Origin: Lytechinus pictus | Taxonomy: Eukaryota | Assembly: GCF_037042905.1 (NCBI RefSeq) | Contig: NC_087246.1 | Location: forward strand, 4,900,001-4,964,000 | Reading direction: 5' to 3' | Length of the DNA stretch: 64,000 nucleotides | Part shown: positions 40,901-54,452 of the stretch, piece by piece | How the letters are laid out: each line of letters starts with the position of its first letter | Position numbering within the stretch: position 1 is the stretch's first letter | Made by a program: the position numbers and the translations under genes | Notes under the pieces: model-generated | Seen by the model: the letters and a program-made list of their open reading frames with translations, nothing else | The model's database searches: none | What the model was told of the DNA's origin: nothing

Positions 40901-43900
40901 GACCATCACCGGCGTCATTGTCGGGTTTGTTAGGCTGTGGCCTCAGTGTCTCGAGTCTTCGCATCCCTTCCTCTTGTATCGTGTTCTGTTCTCAGTCAAT
41001 ATGTAAGAAAAAAATCTATCGGTGAAGGCAATGAGAATCGATAATGGTGACTTTATTTATCATAATTGAATTCATAACATATGACCGACGATGGCGATGG
41101 TGTTGGTGACGACTACGAAAACGACTATTACGATGAGGATGGAAACGGTGATAGTTGTTAATAATAAATAATAATAAAATAATATAGGATTTGTATAGCG
41201 CACGTATCCACCTTGCTATAGGTACTCAAGGCGCTCCTATATTACCCCGGCTAAGCTAGTCTACCGATTCGGTGCGCACAGCTTTTTGAGGAATTACTTC
41301 CTTCCGGTACCCATTCACCTCACCTGGGTTGAGTTCAGCACAATGTGGGTAAATTTTTTCCTCGCCATGTGGAAACGAACCCACGTCCTTCAGATTGAAA
41401 GACGACAGTCTTAACCACTAGACCACGACGCCCCCCAAATATAATGATGATCATGCTGCCTAATGACGCAGAAGATAATATAATAATTCTGTTCGATTAT
41501 GAGCCTTGGCTAATAATCATTAGTACTGCTATTCGTGTTTATTATTTGGTATTCTTGATCGGAGGATAGGGCCTATCAGGAATTTGAAGGAAAAGGAGAT
41601 AAAGATAAGGTAGGCAAAAGCGAGGAGGGGGGATAACTGATCCTCATTGAAACAAGTGTGCTAAGGCAAGCACATAATTCGCCCGCCTGTAACGCGAAAA
41701 ATTGAGTTATTGGTCAAGCAAGAAAAGTGGAAGGTAGCGACTTTACCTGTGACATTTTGACCTCAAAATCGATAGAATTCATGGGATCTATGCTAGTAGA
41801 TTACACACCAAATTATATGAGCCTAGGTTGAGTTCGCGTTTCAAAAGACTTATGAAGGGTAAGATGAAAACATGCCGGTGTGACCTTGACCTTTTGACCT
41901 CAAAATCAAGAGGCTTCCTGGGATCTATGCTAGTATTATACACACCACATTATGTGAGCCTAGGTTAAGTTAAACTGAAGTTAACGCCTTTGCAAAGGAC
42001 TGCAGAAGGGTAAGATGAAAACATGTCAGTGACCTTTACCTTTAACACTTTGACCTCAAAGTCAATAGGCTTCCTGAGATCCATGCTAGTAACGTACACA
42101 TCAAAATATACGAGTCTCACGCTTACAAGGACTGCAGAAGGGTAAGAGGAAAACAGGTCACTGTGACCTTGACCTTTGATTTCTGACCTCAAAATCAATA
42201 GGCTACATGGGATCCATGCTAGTATCATACATACCAAATTATATGAGAGCTTAGGTTAAGTTAAACTGATTTATCGCGTTTACAAGGAAAAGTTAACGGT
42301 CGGACAGACAGACAGACGGACGGACACCGAGCGTGATACCATAATACGACCCGTATAGGACGGGCGTATAAAGATAATATGATGGGAAATGTTGCCATTC
42401 TCAGTACAGTTAACAGTTATTTATCGGTGGGCTGCATGATTTCTTCTTTTTTTCGACGGAAATAGCTATTATCTATATCTAGATTGCAATGGGGACCAAT
42501 CTAAAATCGAATCTCGATTAATATGCCTACCTCCCCGTCTTTTACCAGTCTACATACCATAACTGCTGGGTAATCTTTAAGAACGTCAATGATGTCATCT
42601 TTAGAAAGTGTGAAGAGCTCGGAGAATCCCACCGATTGCACGTTAGCCGTCCTCCTGACAATTTCAAGGTTATGATGTATATGTGTTAAGTCGGTATCGC
42701 ACCCACAGAATTCAGTATTAAGAAAGTTATAATTTCTGAACAAATTTATCATACCGATATGGCTCCTACCAGAAGGAATAAATACAGTAATCATTATGTG
42801 GTGAGGCATATATAGTGCACACTGCAAAGTACAATTTAAACTTTTTAAAGTACAACATTTTTAGTCCTGACAAATTTATCTTAATTTCGAATATATATTT
42901 TTGTCCCAAATGACCAGTTCAAACGATTATCTCTTTCTTTCCCATCACTGCAACTGTCCATTTTAAAAGTGATTATTTATACAGCTGTTTAAATACCCCC
43001 CCCCATTTAAAATATTTATTTAATGTTATTCTAAAATTGAAATTGCTTTGATCGCTGAATTAGGGAACAACGATACAATTAGTATAACGTAAATCATGCA
43101 AGCATTTTGATTCTTCTTTGATTTTTGCCCATCTTACCCAATATTTTTATTGAGTTATAATATGATTGTTTTACCTGTAACTATTTTCTTTCAAGTTGAG
43201 TATGCCGATCTCTCCGAAGTATTCACCAGAAGCCCGAGAAGCTACTACCCGACCTGTACCACTTGAATGTACGTGAACAAAAAATAATAGGAGATAAATC
43301 CAATTATTTCTTGATATCATAAATACCATCTATACCTTTTTACATTCGTTATGTATCTTGTTTCTGCCCTTGAATAAAATCATGGAATACATTGTTTCAA
43401 TCCATGTTTGGGCATTAATCCATTTTCTAGTTTGGGAGCCGGGAAAGGGGGGGGGGGTGACGTATCGCTTATAAGATCGTAACAGACGTACCATAATAAT
43501 AGATCGACCGTAATGACAAGTATAAGCTAGAAGGTACCTGAGAAGTATGGAGCCCCTACATCTCCAGATTTCTTTGGGTTTCTTGGTGATTCTGTACTTT
43601 TTTTTCTTTTCTTTGAGGGGGGGGGGGGGACTTATTGGGCCTGGACCATGTTCAAAGATAAGCAATGGATCAGCGGGAAATGGACAGGGTGATTATGTCA
43701 ACTGCCAATTTCGATCCTCACACCTTACTGGTCTAAATTCTTGCTTCCGTAACTACCTTTGATTCAGATTTAGTCAGAATCATGATATATATTAGAGAAT
43801 GCATTTTATAATTATATATTATATACAAATATGGCACCCATCATTCTGATTATGCCAAACCCATATATTATACGAGCTGGGGGAGCGAGCGAGAACAAAA

Positions 43901-46900
43901 AAGACAATAACTCTCATAGGCCTAAACTTTCACATGCGTTTTTCGACCATCCCAAATGCTCAATTTACTTGTAAATGTGAACAAAGGTACACTATGAATT
44001 TATTTTGAATTATTTTTTCCTGTTTGAAATTAATATATGCGAATTTTAATTTCAGTTTAAATTTCTTGATACATCTTGCATAATTCCGTTTATGTCACAC
44101 TATATAAAGTATTATGAGAGATATCGGAGCAAGTAAGGAAAAACAAGATACATACCCTTCGACTACCTAACCAAACATGTGATGTATGCCTATTCGATCA
44201 GAAATTATGATTAAAGAGTGTTTTTTTTTTGGGGGGGGGGCTGTCATGTACTACGTAGAGCAGTGTTCATTTATTTCGGGTTTTTTTAAATTGATATTAT
44301 CATTATTTAATCATAATGAAATAGATAATAATTTACGAAGATACTCACTCAGTAACTTTGAAAAGGCCATCCGATATAAAGAACATCTCCCGTGCGATCG
44401 CTCCTAGCTTACAAACTATATCATCAGGGGTACATATGCGGAATTTCATCCGAAGAACTAAATCAGGCAAGATTTCTGGTGGACATACCCTGAAAAGCGA
44501 AACCTGGATAATGAATAAAAATACATTAGAGACCCATGGGTTATTTTTTTTCTTGTCTGCCCCTTGTATTTATTTCCCTTTTCTCAATTTCCAAATTTCT
44601 TCCAATATTTTATTTCTTTACTTCTTTATACTTCTTTTTTTTCTTGATGTTGTTCTTCTTCTCCTTTTTCTTCTTCATCTTCTTCTTCTTCTTCATCATC
44701 ATCATCACCATCATCATCGTCAACATCATCATCATCATCATTATCATCTTTTTCTTCATGATCATCATTATCATCATCATCATTATCGTGGAGCGTCGTG
44801 GCCCAGTGGATTAGTCTCCGGACTTTGAAACAGAGGGCCGTGGGTTCAAGTCCCAGCCATGGCGTAGTTTCCTTCAGCAATGAATTCATCCATAGCGTGC
44901 TGCACTCGACCCAGGTGAGATAAACGGGTACCGGCAGGAAGTAATTCCTCAAAAAGCTGTGCGCACCTAAATCGGTAGCCTAGCTTAGCCGGGGTAATAA
45001 TAATAGCAGGGCCCGCTGGGAGAACAGTTTTCGGTACTGAAGTGGCTACCCTGGGTAAATATATCATTATTATTATTATCATCATCATCATCAACATCAT
45101 CATCAACATCATCATCAACATCATCATCATCATTATCTTCATCATCATCATCATCGTCTTCATCATTATTATTATTAATGATATTATCATTATTAATATT
45201 ATTAGTTTTATTATCATTATTATTATATTATTGTTATTATCATCATTATTATTAATATCATTTTCATTATTATTATTGGTCGTCTGTTTTTTCTTCCTTT
45301 GCTTGTAAACTTCCTTCTCGCACTCACTGTTTTGAGAACTGCGCATGTACAAGGCCTCTTGGCTTTTTTTGCAGTTCCCAGTTTAATTAATTTTGTATTA
45401 TTTATATTTTAACCGAGAATGAAATAAATGCGAATTGAATTGAAAATTACCCTTTTGAGTGTTTGTAGATTGACATGAAGAGCGAGTTCTGTCCGATGTG
45501 TGTCTGGAAGAAGACCCAAGGAATTAACATCACATTGTCCATGAGTGGCCCCTCTACAATTAAAACCATAGAAGTTGTTGATTATAAAAAAGATATGATC
45601 AATATTTTGTGAAGACATGATTTTTCAATACACTCTTATTTGTCAAAAAAATTGTGAATATGTGTTCGACCGCCAAATTGGTAAAAATCAACCAATTTGT
45701 TGATGAGTGCCTACTGGATTTGGATTGATATTTTCCATATTTATTAGTCAGACACATACTATAAAAACGCTGTCAGTGTAAAATTTTACTCAATATTGTG
45801 TAGAAAGGGACATGCATGTTTGCTGGGCGTTTTTTTACCCCATATTGGGCTATTTCTACGCAACATTGCGTAAATTTTACCAAATATTTTTTTACCCAAC
45901 CAACATGCATGTTCCCACTTAACCAAATATTGGGTAAACCTTTTTTTAGAGTGCAATATTCATTTAAAAAAATTTGGTTATTTTGACCAACCCTTTTAAT
46001 TGTGTATATTAATCCTTTCTTTTGAATCCACGCCCCTTTCAGAGTGATGAAGTCCCCCTTTCTCATAAAAGTGATGGAGAATGAAAGGCTCTGCGGGGGG
46101 GGGGGGGGTCGTCGTCGGAGGAGTAAAAAATGAGTAAAAGAATGAAAATAGGCGATATGCATATATAGTATTAGCATTATTAATGTAATTCATGCCATCG
46201 ATATATCAACAATATCAATATGTTCAATAATGATACCATTGTGTCATCAATATTAAGACCATTATCATTATCATTATCGTTTTTATTCATATTTGATATC
46301 TTCAAGCATTATGATCAATTTCTTTGATGTGTTTCCCGATGGAGAATTAAATATATTTAACAAGCAACAATACTCAAGTCAACAATAATCATTCTGAATC
46401 ATCTGAATTGTAACATATTTAAAAACACTGGGAAGCGGAAAAGTTCGTGCCATCAAGGAGCCGCGGAACGGTTTGGTGAAAAGGGTTGGGCTGACCATGA
46501 AAAACTAAAAATAAGACGCTTTTAATTTAAACGTTTACGCGAGCTCAGTTTATTGATCTGTATCATACCCCTTCCCTCTCACATTATACAGTGCGTATCA
46601 AAAAAAAGTTTACACTTCCTGTAATTCCTGTAAAATGTTATATTTGTAATATCCTGAAGATTTTTCCACATTTTAACATTGGTACAGATCCATTTAAGCA
46701 AATGACGATATAACTGTCGAAAAATATTTCCGCTTGAGTGAGCACCACTTACTTTTGAAAAGTTAGTGAAAAATGATTTGCGCAGAGCTTTGAAATATTT
46801 ATGCGAATGAAAGTAGACCTTAAATCATGAAGAACATTTTGTTAATCATTGTCAAGCTTGGGAAAAGTGTGGAGAAACAAGTATTAAATGAAAAATAAAA

Positions 46901-49900
46901 TGTAAACCCACTTTAAATGATAAAAACTGCTTGAGATGTCTGATATAAACTTTTGTTCAGATTCAGTTATGTCCTGATATCCAGCTGGCACAAAAAGGGT
47001 AAAGGTTGTGCTTACTAAGTGTTGAAATTTCAATTTGGGTGGCAAAATTCGTACAAAATGCTTGAATGTATCCGTTTTATTTCTATTGACTAAAAGTGCA
47101 AAGGAAATGTATGAGAAATGTTTCGCAGGGTAAGTTTGATTTCGCCCTTTCCCCTTGACACAGCGTGAAAACGAGCATTTCTGCGAAAACAGATTTCTGC
47201 GAGCTTTACAAAAATGGACAGTGCTCACTCAAGTGTAACATTCTGTCAAAACTTTTACTTTCATTAGATAGATGAGACCCAAACCCAAGATTATATGTGA
47301 AAAAAATACCCACATGTTGTATATTTTTTAAATCCCAGGGCTTTTTCAAAGTGTAAACTTTTTTTGATACGCACTGTAGAGTAGTACGGATATTAAGGAT
47401 AAACGCGATAGGGGATTATTTCGTAAATTTAATCTCTAGATGTATTAATTTTACTTGGCTTATAAAAATAAGAAGTTATTGTTCATATTTTAACACAAAT
47501 CTTCAGTCTATACAGCGTGTCCTACCTTGACCATGTGTAATCATACCATCTTAGTACTCGTAATTGAAGTGATCTCGGAACATTGTTTCTTCTCATGTAT
47601 CTCTTAGCATGATCCTGTATAAAAGGGTGGGTAAATATACGAACATCGTGGATAGATGCAAATAAATTTTAATGAATCAATTTTTAAAGATTTTTTAAAA
47701 TGGTTGGTTCATAAAAATACAGTTTTGTTTTAGCTGTGGTTGAATTCTTGTCACAAAAGCGATTTGCAACAATCCGGGGCTATATACAATAATTAAAGGA
47801 ATGATCGATACTATTCAATGGATCTTAGACATGAGACTACTGAAGAATTACATTGCTTTATTATCAAAATCCTCTATCGTAATATTAAAGACAACGTGGT
47901 ACCTACATATACCTTCATAGACATGATTTATTAATGTTGCGAGAAAAGCACATGAAGAATATAACAAGCGACAAAAATAAAACCACTTTTGGTTTGCGAC
48001 TTACTACTTGGCACTCAAAGTCCATCCGAGTTGCATTACGATTGGAAATGATGGCACTGACCTGCCCTGGTAATTTAAATCAGAGACTAATTGATTAATG
48101 TCAATTAAATCATTAATGAACCCTACCATGTCGAAGTATATTGATGTATGAAAATATGTGCTAGGTTTTTTCTCGACACAAACATTTCAGATTACACTTT
48201 TTTGTTCAGTGGTGACATATCATGATAGAAAATGTAATGTAAATCATAGATTTGACACTTATGAAACGATGTTTGAAAATATGATAAACAACATAATACA
48301 TTTGACACGAATATTACTCTTTTTTCCTTCAAAGAAAATTCCACCTGAAATATACTTTAATCCCAATAATGCGAAAGAGCGTATACGCTCTTTCATTTGA
48401 TACCAAATTTGTCATGGTAGTATTTATATTTATAATTATATTAAATTTTACGATGTTTGGCAAGCGAACAAATTTCACTGAATTCCATGGGTGTATGTAA
48501 ACTTTTGGCCTCAACTGTATATATATGAATTAATGATCAACATATAAACCTGAAAATTGTAATTTATTCACCTCAAACATATATCAAAAGAAACGTAAAT
48601 AAAAATTCAAAATCTGTAACTTTGATAATATAGATAAAGGGCAACATAAAAATGTAAATACTTATTCTAAACTCCCCTGATATGTAGTCAAACACTCAGC
48701 TTTGAATAATGAATTCAATTGTTTTTAAGATCGATAGGCCCTTAAAATATAGTTAAGAGCGTAGCCAGATTATTTCCCATGTGAAAGCCTAGTATGAGAA
48801 GGTAGGATGGGGTGACTTGGTTTAGAAAAAGCAGGAAAGTAATGAAAAACACAACAGTGAATATTTTGAAGAAATCCATCAAAGATAAATTGATGGTTTA
48901 TTTGAATTGTGATTTTGAGACTCATGCGATTAGCTCCTCCATTAGGTGATATGAATGTTATTAAGTACCATGTTATTCGATTTTTTGTTTTGTTTGCACA
49001 CTCAGTACAAACACATTTTTTCATACAAGCTGCAATAAAACTGTTTCCACGCCTCATGAACAATAAAAATATGAAATTATATTATGACATTAAAACTCAT
49101 AAACTCTAATTGTTTGACTTTATTTTATAATAATATCATTAATAGATTTCCCTCCTTTCCTGCCTCATTTAAAACTAACTTAATGTCGGAGTGAATTTCT
49201 CATGTAAGTCCCAATATTAACATTCTATGGAAGCGGGCACAATACATCTGAAAATGATCTTGAGCTATTCATTACTATCATTGATAAAGCAAAGCAATAA
49301 ATAAAAATTAATCAGAATAGGTTGATAAACACAAATCTACAGCATATAGAAGAGAGAGAAGTATACTTAGAAACATTATTTCGTACCTACAACTGAAGCG
49401 AAGATAAAAATACCAGCCAGATAACCAACTATTTGCACGACATACCTGAAAATTGATATTTAGATACAAATTATATGATTAAGTTCATGGTCTATTTTCC
49501 GCGTGTACTTATTCGAAAAATAAATTATTTATGTAATACACCTGATAATTAGAACAAAATATGCATTAATAATCGGAATATCACTGATCGTACTTTCTGT
49601 TTCAAAGAAATATATAGTTTTCCATTCGATCAATGAAGAAAGTATATATAATCATGATATGACACATTAAAGCAATATAAATTTTCAAACACGTATGTAC
49701 TTTTTCGATGTATAAGTTAATGACAATATGAGTTACTCATGAGTGTCATCAATAACTTATACATCGAAAAAGTACAAACGTTAAGTTGTTTATCGCATGG
49801 TATGTATAATTGAAAGATACAGTCTTAGAAATACAGATAGGTGAAGAGATACATACAGTGGCGTACCGTGGGTACGCATGGGGGGGGGGTTAGCAAAACA

Positions 49901-52054
49901 TTTGAGTCACTTTGTGGGTGCGCGAAGCGCGCTCAATTGCCAGGTATACTGACCTAATAGAGAAGTTTTAAGGACTGTGCCATTAAACGGATATGCATCT
50001 CACTGGTCAAATAATGCGAGCGCGGAGCGTGAGCTGAAAATTTTTGACATATATTGACTTGAAAACGGGATGATTTAGTACAACAGGATTACATATCTCA
50101 TTAAACAGACATTGCGAGCACCAGGAATGATGAACACATAGGCCCTCAGCAAATTATGTTTCATAGAGTTATGAAAAATATTTATAAAATATGATATAAT
50201 ATATATAATATAACATAATATAATAGAATATACACTACTTTCTTCTTCCTCTACTACGTCTCTCTTTTTTTCTCCCTCTTTTTCTCCTTTTCCTCCGGTT
50301 TTTTTGTGCCAACCGATTGGGGGTGGGGGCACCCCCGTGCCCCCCCCGTAGTTACGCCACTGGATATATGTATAGAATCGTGTTTTATTCTAAAAACCTT
50401 CATCACCATGTCTATAAGCATTATTTCGGTGAAGGCGTCGTACGGAAGAAAGAGGAGGTAAGGAGGAGAGTAATGAAAAGAGACAGCTTATTCCTGGTTG
50501 GACTCGCCACTCTTTAAGCATAGCCAACAAACATTTTGTGAAAATCTTGGGGAATCTAAACAAAATGGTAGAAAGTGGTTCCCTGATACATCAATACGAT
50601 GATAAAGGTGAGGGTATGAATTTCGACACGGCTGTGAAATAAGATAGCTCTTGTCAGCAAATCTTTATATGAGCATGAGGAGGTTAATATTTGCTTAAAG
50701 GGTATGTGTGTATAGCTAATTTGAAGCAAAGACGGTTGTGAAACCAATCGAAATCTGGGTTTGATAAGTTCATTTGTGCTCATAAATTATCAAAACCAAA
50801 ATAGGATAACATTCATCATGCGCTGTAAAGAGCCAGGGCATTTAATTGACATCATAATTCCCCATAATTTACAGATAGAAACATTACCATTAACAAAAAT
50901 ATATATGTATGAATAACGTTAGGTTCCGGAAGTAAAGTATTTTTATCACAGGGTAGTTGTTCCTATTAATAATCTCTAAATAATTATATATTATTACGGA
51001 CAACAGTACACGTAAATCACCAAAGCTGATCAAGTCAACTTTGCATATACCCTGGCGATTTGCTCAGCTTAGGAATGCATACGATCCAAATGGTACAAGA
51101 TCAGTTTGAATAGGTGAAAACTATAGAATCACCTTAAATAAATTATATTATTCTCCTTTATTAAAAAATCTTGTTTCTTAGATGACAATTGATGCATGTT
51201 GAATGGGGTGGAACGATTACTCACTCAATCTCATAGCTGGGAGACGGGAGGTCGCCTATAGTGGTCAATGTCAATGTTGACCAGTAGAAAGAAGTTAGGT
51301 ATTTATGAACCAACGTTGCATTCCTTCCGAGGGGATCCGACAATACCCACTCATTTGGTTGTGGGTTTGCTCCTACAATCGCTTTGCTTGTGCTGATAAG
51401 ATAATATACTGCACCGGTCCAGTGAAGTCCTAACAGCAGTATGTGGATATGATTTAAGACACGGAAGACATTCGGAAACTGTATTCTGTACTCGACTTTT
51501 ATATACCACCCATAGAATCTGTAGATCCGAATAAGTCTTGGACATCTAACAATAGGATGTAGACGCCTAGTGTCCAGGAGATAGAATAGATCGGTTGGTA
51601 GAAGAGAGAGGATGTCTATGATGCAGTACCTGGATCGGACATAGTGTCTTAGGAGTTTCTTCTCATCTACAACATGGAGACCATGCTCTAGGTACGCAGT
51701 ACGTGCCTGAACCACGATGTCAAGAATGTAGATAAAGTCACAGAAGTAGTCCGCAATGAACCAACCAACGGGACTCTTATCCTGGAGCTCTGGCCAGGCC
51801 TCACGGGCAATCAACACCCAGAGATTATACACCACAGCAATGCTGACCACTGTCAACCAGTAGAGAAGAAAATCACCATCAGGAACAACGATTGTCTTCT
51901 TTTGTTCATTCTGTTCCTTCTTACTGAGTTCGATTATCACTGACTTGCCATCTGTGTTATCTGTCTGCTTATCATGTTTTTTTTTCCTGGAGCTTAATTT
52001 CCTCAAAAATATTTCAGTCTGCCAGTTATTCTCCTTTTGACAAGCGGCCCCCAT
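37910..52054 (-). CDS. Cyclic nucleotide-gated cation channel subunit, CNG-like (CNGL-type) paralog B; 12 coding exons, ~691 aa
   Basis: Hand-spliced exons (minus): 52054-51225, 49445-49387, 48066-48005, 47614-47526, 45553-45451, 44503-44349, 43261-43175, 42654-42558, 40985-40840, 39810-39633, 38929-38792, 38041-37910 (TGA). Total 2076 nt, all GT-AG, in phase. Pore YWSTLTLTTIGDLPSP, CNBD GEYFGEIGILNL...RRTANVQSVGFSELFTLSKDDI, two coiled-coil exons. Exons 2-8 (59, 62, 89, 103, 155, 87, 97 nt) match gene A in length. Confidence 0.9.
39138..39385 (+). mobile_element. tRNA-derived SINE (different family) in gene B intron 10
   Basis: A box TGGTCTAGTGG and B box TGTTCGAATCCC, with no intact acceptor stem. 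Confidence 0.6.
40201..40745. mobile_element. CACTGCAAAA MITE with a nested palindromic element (40231-40567) built of TTCGTAATTCCGAAGG repeats
   Basis: TIR CACTGCAAAA / TTTTGCAGTG. The nested element has tandem ttcgtaattccgaagg on the left and ccttcggaattacgaa on the right. Confidence 0.7.
41160..41434 (-). mobile_element. tRNA-derived SINE, same superfamily as 44789-45062
   Basis: Minus strand begins gggcgtcgtggtctagtggttaagac...gtgggttcg. Shared central domain and (TTA)n tail. Confidence 0.8.
41651..42372 (-). mobile_element. Helentron-associated non-autonomous element (HINE / DINE-1 / pearl-like) with about four ~140-bp internal tandem repeats
   Basis: On the minus strand: TTTATACGCCCGT subterminal IR with partner, (GTCC/GTCT)n microsatellite, tandem units with tgaccttgaccttt.gacctcaaaatcaa, terminal hairpin tgtgct...agcaca, T-rich insertion site. 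Confidence 0.75.
44650..45280. repeat. (CTT)n/(CAT)n/(ATT)n microsatellite tract interrupted by a SINE
   Basis: Direct reading. Confidence 0.9.
44789..45062 (+). mobile_element. tRNA-derived SINE, full length
   Basis: A box TGGCCCAGTGG, B box GGTTCAAGTCC, central cccaggtgag...gggtaccggc domain, L2-type tail ggctaccctggg running into (ATT/ATC)n. Confidence 0.85.
46589..47376. mobile_element. Tc1/mariner-type MITE in gene B intron 4
   Basis: TA|CAGTGCGTATCAAAAAAAAGTTTACACTT ... AAGTGTAAACTTTTTTTGATACGCACTG|TA: ~29-bp TIR and TA TSD. Confidence 0.85.
49856..50362. mobile_element. Internally deleted copy of the 23865-25072 hAT-like element
   Basis: Same termini CAGTGGCGTACCGTGGGT ... GTAGTTACGCCACTG and collinear sequence. 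TSD gatacata / gatatatg. Confidence 0.8.
51225..52054 (-). CDS. Gene B first coding exon (N-terminus, S1-S5, pore loop)
   Basis: ORF 51221..52054 (277 aa) with TTIGD pore. In-frame stop about 30 nt upstream of the ATG. Ends GA|gtgagt donor at 51224. Confidence 0.9.
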
Positions 52055-52819
52055 TGCAAGTGATGTCTTGTCATCGTTATCATATCACTGCAATTGTGAC
52101 TTTCAGATTTGGACATGCCCACTAAAAAAAATACCTGCATTGTGTAGGCCTATTCTAAATGACGCACTGATCGTCATCCAAAGCACGTTGACACCGGCGT
52201 TGACATATCGCGAACCAACATTTTCAAGAGTATCAAGTGGTAGAATCAACCCGGAAGTCCAAAAACTTTGATTACCAACACAAACTCACATGAACAGGCC
52301 AGCCTCGAAGCTTGTATCTCATATTAACGACAGGAAGAACTCAAATTTCACGGATAGGCCTACAACATTAAAATATCTCCATTAAGTGATATTGAAAGCG
52401 AGACTGGGTTATTACAGTGATCAGAAGCAGACAAAGTCAAACTTCATTGATTTGGGGGTGTAAGAAAATACAGCATACACGAAACAGAATGAGTATACTT
52501 ATTTGCAGTGGAGTTATTGTCAACCAAACTCTAAATACTATTTTCTTTTGTCAACTTCGTCTCCCTTCGTCTATAAACGCGAACATGCAGCATTGCTCAC
52601 TCTACTGAGACTAGCAGTTCAATATGTGATTATATTTTAGCTCATTGTTATTCAAAAATATTTTTTGAGCAAAGTGAGTGTCACGTTGGAGCTAGCTAGG
52701 CCAGTCTCACTGGAGGGTGATCACCAAATTCCCGGAACAAGGGTAAAAAGAACTGTTGTTATCATACTCATTCTACATAATATTTAGTTAGCGTTTTGTC
52801 TCCCCCCCCCCCTCTTCTC

Positions 52820-54145
52820 CAGCGGCGTAACAGGGGTCGGTGGCCAGGGGGGGGGGGGGGGCAAGAGCAAAAGATTTCCCGGTCATATCATGGTATGAAC
52901 AGGCGTAATGGTGTAATGAGGCGACGATTTTGAGAGGGCCAGACATTGCGTATCAAGCAGAATTTATCTTTAAAAAAAAGTTGCGAGCGAGCGAATCCAA
53001 TTTTGTGATAGATTTTGACATGATATCCAGAGAATAATATATTTCACTCTTCTCTCTTTTCATTCTTTTTTTGTGGTCTGTATGCCACTGTGAACATGAT
53101 TCTTTGCGGCAGAAGCGTGAAGAATAAAAAAACGAGAGGCGCGCGCGCGGCAGTATGGCGCATGTGCTAAAAAGCTGCTTAATATAAGTCAAATTTTCAT
53201 GAGAATTTAACTTTGAGATATAATTTTGACATTATATTCAGTAAATAAAATCATATCCTACACTTTTCCTTTGCTTTTCTTTCCTCCTTTTTTTTTAGCA
53301 ATGTGGGAAAATTTGTAAAAAGTCGCCAGCGAGCAAACGAGCTGGAAAAAATGCCTATTGAAATTAAATTTTAATTGATAGATATCTATTGTGTGATATG
53401 TGATAGATATCCATTATATTTAGCAAACAACACATTTCATTATACGTTGTCTCTTATAATTTCTTTTATTTCCTCTTGGGTGTGGAACCAAGACCCCCCG
53501 CGCCTGTGCGCCAGTGATTGAACGTAAAGCTTAATGTAGGAAGGGTCCCTATACATGGGGGCGTTATAGAGCCATTTGAAGGTTATAGATGAAGAGCCCC
53601 TACTGCGTGGGGTCTGGGGCAAAGCCCCGGTAGCTTATTTGCATAAAATTTAGCAAGCTTATAGCACAATATTGTATGCAGTCCATCTTTCTTCCCGCTC
53701 TTTATTTTCTATCCTCGGCAGCCCGGTCATGTTATTAAGTTTTTTTTTCTTGTCCCTTTTCTTTGTTTTCCAATTTAGCTTTTGACTCATTCCATTCTAC
53801 CTTCATTTCCCGATATTGTTTGCCATTTTGTCATCTTTTAATTTATTTCCCATCATGATATTGCATTACATAGGCCTATTTCGGAATGATTTGTTCATTC
53901 TCAAAATAATGTTCTTTCGTTCCTTTTTCCGCTTTCCTTCCTTTTCCATTAAAAATATATTTTTCTTCTTCGTTTTCTTTTCACTTTTCCCTTTCCTTTT
54001 CCCTTTCCTTTTCCCCTTTCCTTCCCCTTCCCTTTCTTTCTTTCTTTCTCCCTCCCTTTTTTCCCCCCGTTTTTTTTATTTTCCCGGTGAAATCCGCCAG
54101 GGAGGCAGCTTGCCCCCCTCCCCCCCCCCGCCTGTTACGCCATTG
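52820..54145. mobile_element. Second, longer copy of the CAGGGGCGTAACAGG hAT-like family
   Basis: TIR CAGCGGCGTAACAGG / CCTGTTACGCCATTG. TSD ctcttctc / ctctcctc. Homologous to 18024-18842 at both ends. Confidence 0.75.
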
Positions 54146-54452
54146 CTCTCCTCTCCCTTTCTTCTTTTTCTTTCTTTCTTGCTCTTTTTCCCGTTTTTTT
54201 ATTATTTCATTCTTTATTGTCTTTTATTTATTTATTTATTTTTCTTTCTTTCTTTCTCTCTCTCTTTTTCTTTGCTTCTTCCTTCTTTCATTCCTTCCTT
54301 CCTGTCTTCCTTCCTTTAATACCGGGCTTATATATTTTTCTTTCTTGTTTTTTTTTTCTTTCTTTTCCCCCCTTTTTGCTCTCTCTTCCGTTCGTTCTTT
54401 TTTATTCTTTTTTTTTCTTTTGTTTCTTTCGTCGCGTCTTTCTTTCGTTCCA
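54146..54452. repeat. Polypyrimidine low-complexity tract (others at 34905-35030, 38485-38610 purine strand, 53910-54085)
   Basis: Direct reading. Confidence 0.85.

Noticed and set aside
44789..44862. tRNA genes (also near 39140, 41360-41434, 27900-27971, 14275-14344)
   Set aside because: A and B boxes are present but the cloverleafs are incomplete, and each continues into a SINE body.
14697..52054. HCN or tetrameric CNGK channel, or a single multi-repeat gene joining A and B
   Set aside because: There is no GYG filter (TIGE/TIGD instead), and each gene has its own stop codon, start codon and single 6TM-CNBD unit.
29589..52054. Uncollapsed haplotype or false duplication as the explanation for two genes
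   Set aside because: The introns are unalignable and most exons differ at many amino acids. Only one 210-bp tract is near-identical.
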